Assembly (NCBI GenBank): GCA_964016885.1
Contig: OZ024748.1
Coordinates: forward strand, 34,906,001 to 34,970,000
DNA: 64,000 nt
Source: Eledone cirrhosa
Lineage: Eukaryota
Direction: 5' to 3'
The translations under genes were made by a program, and so were the position numbers. This document shows positions 15,001 to 28,453 of this stretch, one piece after another. How positions within the stretch are numbered: position 1 is the stretch's first letter; each line of letters starts with the position of its first letter. The notes under the pieces were generated by a model. It was not told where the DNA came from and ran no database searches. It saw only the letters and a list, made by a program, of their open reading frames with translations.

Positions 15001-18000
15001 ATGGATGGTAGACAGGAGTTACATGGATGGTAGACAGTAGTAACATGGATTGTAGACAGTAGTAACATGGATGGTACACAGGAGTTACATGGATGGTAGA
15101 CAGGAGTTACATGGATGGTGGTCAGGAGTAACATGGATGGTAGACAGGAGTTACATGGATGGTAGACAGGAGTAAGATGGATGGTAGACAGGAGTTACAT
15201 GGATGGTAGACAGGAGTTAGATGGATGGTAGACAGGAGTAAGATGGATGGTGGACAGGAGTAAGTTGGGTGGTAGACAGGTGTTATAAGGATGGTAGACA
15301 GGAGTTACATGGATGGTAGACAGGAGTAAGATGGGTGGTAGACAGGAGTAAGATGGGTGGTAGACATGAGTTACATGGGTGGTAGACAGGAGTTACATGG
15401 ATGGTAGACAGGAGTTACATGGATGGTAGACAGGAGTTAGATGGATGGTAGACAGGAGTTACATGGGTGGTAGACAGGAGTTACATGGATGGTAGACAGG
15501 AGTAAGATGGATGGTAGACAGGAGATACATGGATGGTAGACAGGAGTTAGATGGATGGTAGACAGGAGTAAGATGTATGGTGGACAGGAGTAAGATGGAT
15601 GGTAGACAGGAGTAAGATGGATGGTAAACAGGAGTTACATGGATGGTAGACAGGAGTTACATGGATGGTGGGCAGGAGGGACAGTAGTAACATGGATGGT
15701 TGATAGGAGTAACATGTATGGTAGACAGGAGTAACATGGATGCTAGACAGGAGTAAGATGGATGGTAGACAGGGGTTACATGGATGGTAGTAAGGAGTAA
15801 CATGGATGGTAGAGTGAGTTTTGATGGATGGTAAACTGGAGTTACATGGATGGTAGACTGGAGTTACATGGATTGTAAACAGGAGTTACATGGATGGTGG
15901 ACAGGTGTAACATGGATGGTAGACAAGAGTAACATGGATGGTGGACAGAAGTAACATGGATGGTGGACAGAAGTAACATGGATGGTGGACAGGAGTACCA
16001 TGGATGGTAGGCAGGAATTACAGGGATGGTGGACAGGAGTACCATGGATGGTAGGCAGGAATTACATGGATGGTGGACAGGAGTTACATGGATGGTAGGC
16101 AGGAGTAAGATGGATGGTAAACAGGAGTTACATGGATGGTAGACAGAAGTAAGATGGATGGTAAACAGGAGTTACATGGATGGTAGACAGGAGTTACATG
16201 GATGGTAGGCAGGAATTACATGGATGGTGGGCAGGAGTAAGATGGATGGTAGACAGGAGTTACATGGATGGTAGACAGGAGTACCATGGATGGTAGGCAG
16301 GAATTACATGGATGGTGGACAGGAGTTACATGGATGGTAGACAGGAGTACCATGGATGGTAGGCAGGAATTACATGGATGGTGGACAGGAGTTACATGGA
16401 TGGTAGACAGGAGTACCATGGATGGTAGGCAGGAATTACATGGATGGTGGACAGGAGTTACATGGATGGTAGACAGGAGTTACATGGATGGTAGACAGGA
16501 GTACCATGGATGGTAGGCAGGAATTACAAGGATGGTGGACAGGAGTTACATGGATGGTAGACAGGAGTAAGATGGATGGTAGACAGGAGTTACATGGATG
16601 GTAGACAGGAGTAAGATGGATGGTGGACAGGAGTAACATGGATGGTAGGCAGGAGTAAGATGGATGGTAGACAGGAGTTACATGGATGGTAGACAGGAGT
16701 ACCATGGATGGTAGGCAGGAATTACATGGATGGTGGACAGGAGTTACATGGATGGTAGACAGGAGTACCATGGATGGTAGGCAGGAATTACATGGATGGT
16801 GGACAGGAGTTACATGGATGGTAGACAGGAGTTACATGGATGGTAGACAGGAGTACCATGGATGGTAGGCAGGAATTACAAGGATGGTGGACAGGAGTTA
16901 CATGGATGGTAGACAGGAGTAAGATGGATGGTAGACAGGAGTTACATGGATGGTAGACAGGAGTAAGATGGATGGTGGACAGGAGTAACATGGATGGTAG
17001 ACAGGAGTTACATGGATGGTAGACAGTAGTAACATGGATTGTAGACAGTAGTAACATGGATGGTACACAGGAGTTACATGGATGGTAGACAGGTGTTACA
17101 TGGATGGTGGTCAGGAGTAACATGGATGGTAGACAGGAGTTACATGGATGGTAGACAGGAGTAAGATGGATGGTAGACAGGAGTTACATGGATGGTAGAC
17201 AGGAGTTAGATGGATCGTAGACAGGAGTAAGATGGATGGTGGACAGGAGTAAGTTGGGTGGTAGACAGGTGTTATAAGGATGGTAGACAGGAGTTACATG
17301 GATGGTAGCAGGAGTAAGATGGGTGGTAGACAGGAGTAAGATGGGTGGTAGACAGGAGTTACATGGATGGTAGACAGGAGTTACATGGATGGTAGACAGG
17401 AGTTAGATGGATGGTAGACAGGAGTTACATGGGTGGTAGACAGGAGTTACATGGGTGGTAGACAGGAGTTACATGGGTGGTAGACAGGAGTAAGATGGAT
17501 GGTAGACAGGAGTTACATGGATGGTAGACAGGAGTTAGATGGATGGTAGACAGGAGTAAGATGGATGGTAGACAGGAGTAAGATGGATGGTAAACAGGAG
17601 TTACATGGATGGTAGACAGGAGTTACATGGATGGTGGGCAGGAGGGACAGTAGTAACATGGATGGTTGATAGGAGTAACATGTATGGTAGACAGGAGTAA
17701 CATGGATGCTAGACAGGAGTAAGATGGATGGTAGACAGGGGTTACATGGATGGTAGTAAGGAGTAACATGGATGGTAGAGTGAATTTTGATGGATGGTAA
17801 ACTGGAGTTACATGGATGGTAGACTGGAGTTACATGGATGGTAAACAGGAGTTACATGGATGGTGGACTGGAGTAACATGGATGGTAGACAAGAGTAACA
17901 TGGATGGTGGACAGAAGTAACATGGATGGTGGACAGAAGTAACATGGATGGTGGACAGGAGTACCATGGATGGTAGGCAGGAATTACATGGATGGTGGAC

Positions 18001-21000
18001 AGGAGTACCATGGATGGTAGGCAGGAATTACATGGATGGTGGACAGGAGTTACATGGATGGTAGGCAGGAGTAAGATGGATGGTAAACAGGAGTTACATG
18101 GATGGTGGTCAGGAGTAACATGGATGGTAGACAGGGGTTACATGTATGGTAGACAGGAGTAACATGGATGGTAGACAGGAGTTACATGGATGGTGGTCAG
18201 GAGTAACATGGATGGTAGACAGGAGTTACATGGATGGTAGACAGGAGTAAGATGGATGGTAGACAGAAGTTACATGGATGGTAGACAGGAGTAACATGGA
18301 TGGTGGACAGGAGTAAGTTGGGTGGTAGACAGGTGTTATAAGGATGGTAGACAGGAGTTACATGGATGGTAGCAGGAGTAAGATGGGTGGTAGACAGGAG
18401 TAAGATGGATGGTAGACAGGAGTTACATGGATGTTAGACAGGAGTTAGATGGATGGTAGACAGGAGTAAGATGTATGGTGGACAGGAGTAAGATGGATGG
18501 TAGACAGGAGTTAGATGGATGGTAAACAGGAGTTACATGGATGGTAGACAGGAGTTACATGGATGGTGGGCAGGAGGGACAGTAGTAACATGGATGGTTG
18601 ATAGGAGTAACATGTATGGTAGACAGGAGTAACATGGATGCTAGACAGGAGTAAGATGGATGGTAGACAGGGGTTACATGGATGGTAGTAAGGAGTAACA
18701 TGGATGGTAGAGTGAATTTTGATGGATGGTAAACTGGAGTTACATGGATGGTAGACTGGAGTTACATGGATTGTTAACAGGAGTTACATGGATGGTGGAC
18801 AGGAGTAACATGGATGGTAGACAAGAGTAACATGGATGGTGGACAGAAGTAACATGGATGGTGGACAGAAGTAACATGGATGGTGGACAGGAGTACCATG
18901 GATGGTAGGCAGGAATTACAGGGATGGTGGACAGGAGTACCATGGATGGTAGGCAGGAATTACATGGATGGTAAACAGGAGTTACATGGATGGTAGACAG
19001 AAGTAAGATGGATGGTAAACAGGAGTTACATGGATGGTAGACAGGAGTACCATGGATGGTAGGCAGGAATTACATGGATGGTGGACAGGAGTTACATGGA
19101 TGGTAGACAGGAGTAAGATGGATGGTAGACAGGAGTTACATGGATGGTAGACAGGAGTAAGATGGATGGTGGACAGGAGTAACATGGATGGTAGACAGGA
19201 GTTACATGGATGGTAGACAGTAGTAACATGGATTGTAGACAGTAGTAACATGGATGGTACACAGGAGTTACATGGATGGTAGACAGGAGTTACATGGATG
19301 GTGGTCAGGAGTAACATGGATGGTAGACAGGAGTTACATGGATGGTAGACAGGAGTAAGATGGATGGTAGACAGGAGTTACATGGATGGTAGACAGGAGT
19401 TAGATGGATGGTAGACAGGAGTAAGATGGATGGTGGACAGGAGTAAGTTGGGTGGTAGACAGGTGTTATAAGGATGGTAGACAGGAGTTACATGGATGGT
19501 AGCAGGAGTAAGATGGGTGGTAGACAGGAGTAAGATGGGTGGTAGACAGGAGTTACATGGGTGGTAGACAGGAGTTACATGGATGGTAGACAGGAGTTAC
19601 ATGGATGGTAGACAGGAGTTAGATGGATGGTAGACAGGAGTTACATGGATGGTAGACAGGAGTTACATGGGTGGTAGACAGGAGTTACATGGGTGGTAGA
19701 CAGGAGTAAGATGTATGGTAGACAGGAGTTACATGGGTGGTAGACAGGAGTAAGATGGATGGTAGACAGGAGTTACATGGATGGTAGACAGGAGTTACAT
19801 GGATAGTAGACAGGAGTTAGATGGATGGTAGACAGGAGTAAGATGTATGGTGGACAGGAGTAAGATGGATGGTAGACAGGAGTAAGATGGATGGTAAACA
19901 GGAGTTACATGGATGGTAGACAGGAGTTACATGGATGGTGGGCAGGAGGGACAGTAGTAACATGGATGGTTGATAGGAGTAACATGTATGGTAGACAGGA
20001 GTAACATGGATGCTAGACAGGAGTAAGATGGATGGTAGACAGGGGTTACTTGGATGGTAGTAAGGAGTAACATGGATGGTAGAGTGAATTTTGATGGATG
20101 GTAAACTGGAGTTACATGGATGGTAGACTGGAGTTACATGGATGGTAAACAGGAGTTACATGGATGGTGGACAGGAGTAACATGGATGGTAGACAAGAGT
20201 AACATGGATAGTGGACAGAAGTAACATGGATGGTGGACAGAAGTAACATGGATGGTGGACAGGAGTTACATGGATGGTAGACAGGAGTAAGATGGATGGT
20301 GGACAGGAGTACCATGGATGGTAGGCAGGAATTACATGGATGGTGGACAGGAGTTACATGGATGGTAGGCAGGAGTAAGATGGATGGTAAACAGGAGTTA
20401 CATGGATGGTAGACAGAAGATGGATGGTAAACAGGAGTTACATGGATGGTAGACAGGAGTACCATGGATGGTAGGCAGGAATTACATGGATGGTGGACAG
20501 GAGTTACATGGATGGTAGACAGGAGTAAGATGGATGGTAGACAGGAGTTACATGGATGGTAGACAGGAGTTAGATGGATGGTAGACAGGAGTAAGATGGA
20601 TGGTAGACAGGAGTTACATGGATGGTAGACAGGAGTAAGATGGATGGTGGACAGGAGTAACATGGATGGTAGACAGGAGTTAGATGGATGGTAGACAGTA
20701 GTAACATGGATTGTAGACAGTAGTAACATGGATGGTACACAGGAGTTACATGGATGGTAGACAGGAGTTACATGGATGGTGGTCAGGAGTAACATGGATG
20801 GTAGACAGGAGTTACATGGATGGTAGACAGGAGTAAGATGGATGGTAGACAGGAGTTACATGGATGGTAGACAGGAGTAAGATGGATGGTGGACAGGAGT
20901 AAGTTGGGTGGTAGACAGGTGTTATAAGGATGGTAGACAGGAGTTACATGGATGGTAGACAGGAGTTAGATGGATGGTAGCAGGAGTAAGATGGGTGGTA

Positions 21001-24000
21001 GACAGGAGTAAGATGGGTGGTAGACAGGAGTTACATGGGTGGTAGACAGGAGTTACATGGATGGTAGACAGGAGTTAGATGGATGGTAGACAGGAGTTAC
21101 ATGGATGGTAGACAGGAGTTACATGGGTGGTAGACAGGAGTTACATGGGTGGTAGACAGGAGTAAGATGGATGGTAGACAGGAGTTACATGGATGGTAGA
21201 CAAGAGTTAGATGGATGGTAGACAGGAGTAAGATGTATGGTGGACAGGAGTAAGATGGATGGTAGACAGGAGTAAGATGGATGGTAAACAGGAGTTACAT
21301 GGATGGTAGACAGGAGTTACATGGATGGTGGGCAGGAGGGACAGTCGTAACATGGATGGTTGATAGGAGTAACATGTATGGTAGACAGGAGTAACATGGA
21401 TGCTAGACAGGAGTAAGATGGATGGTAGACAGGGGTTACATGGATGGTAGTAAGGAGTAACATGGATGGTAGAGTGAATTTTGATGGATGGTAAACTGGA
21501 GTTACATGGATGGTAGACTGGAGTTACATGGATGGTGGACAGGAGTTACATGGATGGTGGACAGGAGTAACATGGATGGTGGACAGAAGTAACATGGATG
21601 GTGGACAGAAGTAACATGGATGGTGGACAGGAGTACCATGGATGGTAGGCAGGAATTACATGGATGGTGGACAGGAGTTACATGGATGGTAGGCAGGAGT
21701 AAGATGGATGGTAAACAGGAGTTACATGGATGGTAGACAGGGGTTACATGGATGGTAGACAGGAGTAACATGGATGGTAGACAGGAGTTACATGGATGGT
21801 GGTCAGGAGTAACATGGATGGTAGACAGGAGTTACATGGATGGTAGACAGGAGTAAGATGGATGGTAGACAGGAGTTACATGGATGGTAGACAGGAGTTA
21901 GATGGATGGTAGACAGGAGTAAGATGGATGGTGGACAGGAGTAAGTTGGGTGGTAGACAGGTGTTATAAGGATGGTAGACAGGAGTTACATGGATGGTAG
22001 CAGGAGTAAGATGGGTGGTAGACAGGAGTAAGATGGGTGGAAGACAGGAGTTACATGGGTGGTAGACAGGAGTTACATGGATGGTAGACAGGAGTTACAT
22101 GGATGGTAGACAGGAGTTAGATGGATAGTAGACAGGAGTTACATGGATGGTAGACAGGAGTTAGATGGATGGTAGACAGGAGTAAGATGGATGGTAAACA
22201 GGAGTTACATGGATAGTAGACAGGAGTTAGATGGATGGTAGACAGGAGTAAGATGGATGGTAGACAGGAGTTACATGGATGGTAGACAGGAGTTAGATGG
22301 ATGGTAGACAGGAGTAAGATGTATGGTGGACAGGAGTAAGATGGATGGTAGACAGGAGTTAGATGGATGGTAAACAGGAGTTACATGGATGGTAGACAGG
22401 AGTTACATGGATGGTGGGCAGGAGGGACAGTAGTAACATGGATGGTTGATAGGAGTAACATGTATGGTAGACAGGAGTAACATGGATGCTAGACAGGAGT
22501 AAGATGGATGGTAGACAGGGGTTACATGGATGGTAGTAAGGAGTAACATGGATGGTAGAGTGAATTTTGATGGATGGTAAACTGGAGTTACATGGATGGT
22601 AGACTGGAGTTACATGGATTGTAAACAGGAGTTACATGGATGGTGGACAGGAGTAACATGGATGGTAGACAAGAGTAACATGGATGGTGGACAGAAGTAA
22701 CATGGATGGTGGACAGAAGTAACATGGATGGTGGACAGGAGTACCATGGATGGTAGGCAGGAATTACAGGGATGGTGGACAGGAGTACCATGGATGGTAG
22801 GCAGGAATTACATGGATGGTGGACAGGAGTTACATGGATGGTAGGCAGGAGTAAGATGGATGGTAAACAGGAGTTACATGGATGGTAGACAGAAGTAAGA
22901 TGGATGGTAAACAGGAGTTACATGGATGGTAGACAGGAGTACCATGGATGGTAGGCAGGAATTACATGGATGGTGGACAGGAGTTACATGGATGGTAGGC
23001 AGGAGTAAGATGGATGGTGGACAGGAGTAACATGGATGGTAGACAGGAGTTACATGGATGGTAGACAGTAGTAACATGGATGGTAGACAGGAGTTACATG
23101 GATGGTAGACAGTAGTAACATGGATTGTAGACAGTAGTAACATGGATGGTACACAGGAGTTACATGGATGGTAGACAGGAGTTACATGGATGGTGGTCAG
23201 GAGTAACATGGATGGTAGACAGGAGTTACATGGATGGTAGACAGGAGTAAGATGGATGGTAGACAGGAGTTACATGGATGGTAGACAGGAGTTAGATGGA
23301 TGGTAGACAGGAGTAAGATGGATGATAGACAGGAGTTACATGGATGGTAGACAGGAGTTACATGGATGGTAGACAGGAGTTACATGGGTGGTAGACAGGA
23401 GTTAGATGGATGGTAGACAGGAGTTAGATGGATGGTAGACAGGAGTTAGATGGATGGTAGACAGGAGTTACATGGATGGTAGACAGGAGTTACATGGGTG
23501 GTAGACAGGAGTTAGATGGATGGTAGACAGGAGTTAGATGGATGGTAAACAGGAGTTACATGGATGGTAGACAGGAGTTACATGGATGGTAGACAGGAGT
23601 TAGATGGATGGTAGACAGGAGATACATGGATGGTAGACAGGAGTTACATGGGTGGTAGACAGGAGTTACATGGATGGTAGACAGGAGTAAGATGGATGGT
23701 AGACAGGAGTTACATGGATGGTAGACAGGAGTTACATGGGTGGTAGACAGGAGTAAGATGGATGGTAGACAGGAGTTACATGGATAGTAGACAGGAGTTA
23801 GATGGATGGTAGACAGGAGTAAGATGTATGGTGGACAGGAGTAAGATGGATGGTAGACAGGAGTAAGATGGATGGTAAACAGGAGTTACATGGATGGTAG
23901 ACAGGAGTTACATGGATGGTGGGCAGGAGGGACAGTAGTAACATGGATGGTTGATAGGAGTAACATGTATGGTAGACAGGAGTAACATGGATGCTAGACA

Positions 24001-27000
24001 GGAGTAAGATGGATGGTAGACAGGGGTTACATGGATGGTAGTAAGGAGTAACATGGATGGTAGAGTGAATTTTGATGGATGGTAAACTGGAGTTACATGG
24101 ATGGTAGACTGGAGTTACATGGATGGTGGACAGGAGTAACATGGATGGTAGACAAGAGTAACATGGATGGTGGACAGAAGTAACATGGATGGTGGACAGA
24201 AGTAACATGGATGGTGGACAGAAGTAACATGGATGGTGGACAGGAGTACCATGGATGGTAGGCAGGAATTACATGGATGGTGGACAGGAGTACCATGGAT
24301 GGTAGGCAGGAATTACATGGATGGTGGACAGGAGTTACATGGATGGTAGGCAGGAGTAAGATGGATGGTAAACAGGAGTTACATGGATGGTAGACAGAAG
24401 TAAGATGGATGGTAAACAGGAGTTACATGGATGGTAGACAGGAGTACCATGGATGGTAGGCAGGAATTACATGGATGGTGGACAGGAGTTACATGGATGG
24501 TAGACAGGAGTAAGATGGATGGTAGACAGGAGTTACATGGATGGTAGACAGGGGTTACATGGATGGTGGACAGGAGTAACGTGGATGGTAAACAGTTGTT
24601 ACATGGATGGTAGACAGGAGTAAGATGGATGGTAGATAGGAGTTATATGGATGGTAGACAGGAGTTACATGGATGGTGGACAGTAGTAACATGGATGGTA
24701 GACAGGAGTTACATGGCTGGTAGACAACAGTAACATGGATGGTAGACAGGAGTAACATGGATGGTAGACAGGAGTTACATGGATGGTAGACAGGAGTAAC
24801 ATGGATGGTAGACAAGAGTTACATGGATGGTAGACAGGATTTACATGGATGGTGGACAGGAGTAAAATAGATGGTGGACAGGAGTTACATGGATGGTAGA
24901 CAGGAGTAACATGGATGGTAGACAGGAGTTACATGGATGGTAGACAGGATTTACATGGATGGTGGACAGGAGTAAAATAGATGGTGGACAGGAGTTACAT
25001 AGATGGTTGAGAGGAGTTACATGGATGGTAGACAGGAGTAGACATGGATGATAGACAGGAGTTACATGGATGGTAGACAAGAGTAACATGGATGGTAGAC
25101 AGGAGTTACATGGATCGTAGACAGGATTTACATGGATGGTAAACAGGAGTAACATGGATGGTGGACAGGAGTAAGTTGGATGGTAGACAGGAGTTACTTG
25201 TATGGTGGACAGGAGGGACAGGAGTAACATGGATGCTACACAGGAGTTACAGGGATGGTGGACAGTAGTAACATGGATGACAGCCAGGTGTTACAAGGAT
25301 GGTAGAAAGTAGTAAGATGGATGGTAGACAGGAGTTACATGGATGGTAGACAGGTATTACATGGATGGTAGACAGGAGTTACATGGATGGTAGACAGGAG
25401 TTACATGGATGGTAGACAGGAGTAAGATGGATGGTAGGCAGGAGTAAGCTGGATGGTAGGCAGGAGTTACATGGATGGTAGGCAGGAGTTACATGGATGG
25501 TAGACAGGAGTAACATGGATGTTAGACAGGAGTTACATGGATGGTAGACAGGAGTAACATGGATGGTAGACAGTAATTACATGGATGGTAGACAGGAGTT
25601 ACATGGATGGTAGACAGGAGTTAGATGGATGGTAGACAGGAGTTATATGGATGGTAGCCAGGAGTTAGATGGATGGTAGACAGGAGTTAGATGGATGGTA
25701 GACAGTAGTAAGATGGATGGTAGTCAGGGGTTAGATGGATGGTAGTCAGGGGTTAGATGGATGGTGGACAGGGGTTAGATGGATGGTAGACAGGAGTAAC
25801 GTGGATGGTAGACAGGAGTAACGTGGATGGTAGACAGGAGTTACATGGATGGTGGACAGTAGTAACATGGATGGTAGACAGGAGTTACATGGCTGGTAGA
25901 CAACAGTAACATGGATGGTAGACAGGAGTAACATGGATGGTAGACAGGAGTTAGATGGATGGTAGACAGGAGTAACATGGATGGTAGACAGGAGTTACAT
26001 GGATGGTAGACAGGAGTAAAATAGATGGTGGACAGGAGTTACATAGATGGTTGACAGGAGTTACATGGATGGTAGACAGGAGTAGACATGGATGATAGAC
26101 AGGAGTTACATGGATGGTAGACAAGAGTAACATGGATGGTAGACAGGAGTTACATGGATCGTAGACAGGATTTACATGGATGGTAAACAGGAGTAACATG
26201 GATGGTGGACAGGAGTAAGTTGGATGGTAGACAGGAGTTACTTGTATGGTGGACAGGAGGGACAGGAGTAACATGGATGCTACACAGGAGTTACAGGGAT
26301 GGTAGACAGGAGTTACAGGGATGGTGGACAGTAGTAACATGGATGACAGCCAGGTGTTACAAGGATGGTAGAAAGTAGTAAGATGGATGGTAGACAGGAG
26401 TTACATGGATGGTAGACAGGTATTACATGGATGGTAGACAGGAGTTACATGGATGGTAGACAGGAGTTACATGGATGGTAGACAGGAGTAAGATGGATGG
26501 TAGACAGGAGTTACATGGATGGTAGGCAGGAGTTAGATGGATGTTAGACAGGAGTTACATGGATGGTAGACAGGAGTAACATGGATGGTAGACAGTAATT
26601 ACATGGATGGTAGACAGGAGTTACATGGATGGTAGACAGGAGTTAGATGGATGGTAGACAGGAGTTAGATGGATGGTAGACAGGAGTTAGATGGATGGTA
26701 GACAGGAGTTAGATGGATGGTAGACAGTAGTAAGATGGATGGTAGTCAGGGGTTAGATGGATGGTGGACAGGGGTTAGATGGATGGTGGACAGGAGTAAC
26801 GTGGATGGTAGACAGGAGTAACATGGATGGTAGACAGGAGTTACATGGATGGTGGACAGGAGTAAGTAGGATGATAGACGGTAGTTACATGGATGGTGGA
26901 CAGGAGTAACATGGATGGTAGACAGGAGTAACATGGATGGTGGACAGGAGTAACGTGGATGGTAGACAGGAGTAACGTGGATGGTAGTCAGGAGTTACAT

Positions 27001-27132
27001 GGATGGTAGTCTGGAGTTACATGGATGGTGGACAGGAGTAACATGGATGGTGGACAGGAGTAAGATGGATGATAGACGGTAGTTATATGGATGGTAGACA
27101 GGAGTTACATAAATGGTAGACAGGAGTAACAT
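1..27132. repeat. 22-bp minisatellite array, consensus GGATGGTAGACAGGAGTTACAT, about 1,230 units (length/22), running off the left window edge
   Basis: Uninterrupted 22-bp periodicity with recurrent variants (GTAACAT, GTAAGAT, GTTAGAT, GGTGGAC) and rare indels. It ends abruptly at ...caggagtaacat|taataggg. Confidence 0.99.
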
Positions 27133-27144
27133 TAATAGGGAATT

Positions 27145-27190
27145 CATCATTATCACAATCACCGTTTTACGTCCATTCTTCCATGCTAAT
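27145..27190 (-). mobile_element. RTE-type 3' tail remnant
   Basis: catcattatcacaatcaccgttttacgtccattcttccatgcta resembles the RTE-type 3' end at 46731. Confidence 0.55.
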
Positions 27191-27462
27191 AGAAACAAAA
27201 GACAGAAATGTGAATAAGTGAAGTGCAAGTGTGAGTGGGAGTGAAAGGATGAATGTGAGTGATGACAGAAGAACATCAATGAATTAGACTGGAGTAGTAT
27301 GTGTATAGTGTCAGTATATAGTAGGGATATCTGAAGTGTGGAGATGAAAGGACCTGTGGGACGAAGTGGGTTAATATAGGGCCTGTAGCATAGGTGGAGG
27401 AAGGGTGAAGGACCTGCAGGGTAGGTGGAGGAAGATGAAGATAACACAGAAATGATGATGAT

Positions 27463-27507
<45 letters not shown>

Positions 27508-27518
27508 GAGTTACTTAC

Positions 27519-27586
27519 AGTGTTGGAGGGAGACCACTCCATAGGGATCTGAGACCTTCTGTTCGGGCAATTTTGATGAAAGCATC
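27519..27586 (-). CDS. SLC25A40: SLC25A39/40-family mitochondrial carrier, coding exon 3 ([23 protein letters not shown])
   Basis: Acceptor tttacag, donor GTAAGT, 68 bp. Phase 0 start joins exon 2. The peptide matches the SLC25A39/40 motif [23 protein letters not shown]. Confidence 0.93.
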
Positions 27587-27999
27587 CTGTAAATAAAGGT
27601 ACAAATAATTTCTCTGGCTTTTGGTATTTAGTTAAGGGTTTCATATTTCTGGAGAAAGTTATTATAACAGGATCAAATGTGAAGTAGTTAAAATAATATT
27701 TCTTACATTAAGTATTATTATTATATGTCAAGTCGAACTCTTGCAGGGAAAACTGACGTTAAATGAGAGGCATCATTGTCCTTGGTTCCATACTGGCATG
27801 GGTCAGATGGTTTGAGACAATATTTTACAGACTGATACCCTAACACATCCTTTTAGTTGCCTCATACAACAGGAATGGATACAGATATTGATTAAGTAAG
27901 TCTGTATTACAACATACATCTCCACACATCTCAAACTAAGTCACCATATCTGTGAAAGCCAATGTTCTAAATTAGTTCTTGCTCATACAGAATATATGA

Positions 28000-28190
28000 A
28001 TATAGGTAGAGGAAGGGGAAGACCAAGGAAGACATGGCTGGAGATGATATAGGAGGAAATCATAGCCAAGGGGTTGGTAAGTGGGTATGTAGTTGATAGG
28101 GCAAAGTGAAGAAACTTGTTATAGGTCCTTGCAAGGTTAACTCTCACTTTATCAAAGGAAATGACTATAAAACGTTTATTGTTGATGCTG
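28000..28190 (+). mobile_element. Degenerate RTE LINE 3' end
   Basis: Encodes GRGRGRPRKTW, the RTE C-terminal motif, followed by a decayed tail. Confidence 0.6.
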
Positions 28191-28277
28191 TTACAATACA
28201 CAGGTATACAGTGTACCTTTTCTAAACTGGATACGCACTTAGCTTAATAAAAGAATGAGTGACAAATTGGAACTTAC

Positions 28278-28453
28278 TATTGTTCCAGAAAAATGTCCTG
28301 GTTTGGAAAACCATGGCAGAGGTTTACCATTACTTCCATTGGTACATGTACACATGTGTTCCATGAGTCCATTACAGTAAATAAATTGCTGACCTCGACT
28401 GAGGGGTTGTCTCTGACTCTGTAACCGGATCTTTACAACATCTAGTGGTGTCA
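28278..28453 (-). CDS. SLC25A40: SLC25A39/40-family mitochondrial carrier, coding exon 2 ([58 protein letters not shown])
   Basis: Carrier signature [10 protein letters not shown] plus the family-specific YCNGLMxHxCxC loop. Acceptor ctttctcacag, donor GTAAGT, 176 bp, phases fit exons 1 and 3. Confidence 0.95.

Noticed and set aside
1-27132. CRISPR-like or telomeric array
   Set aside because: There are no unique spacers, no cas genes and no TTAGGG-type unit; the context is eukaryotic and intronic.
213-27447. Dozens of His/Cys/Pro-rich ORFs (MLLLSTIHVTPVYHPCNSCLPSM)
   Set aside because: They are translations of the 22-bp repeat (three units give 22 aa). The consensus carries a TAA, and ORF length only tracks the GTTAC/GTAAC variant.
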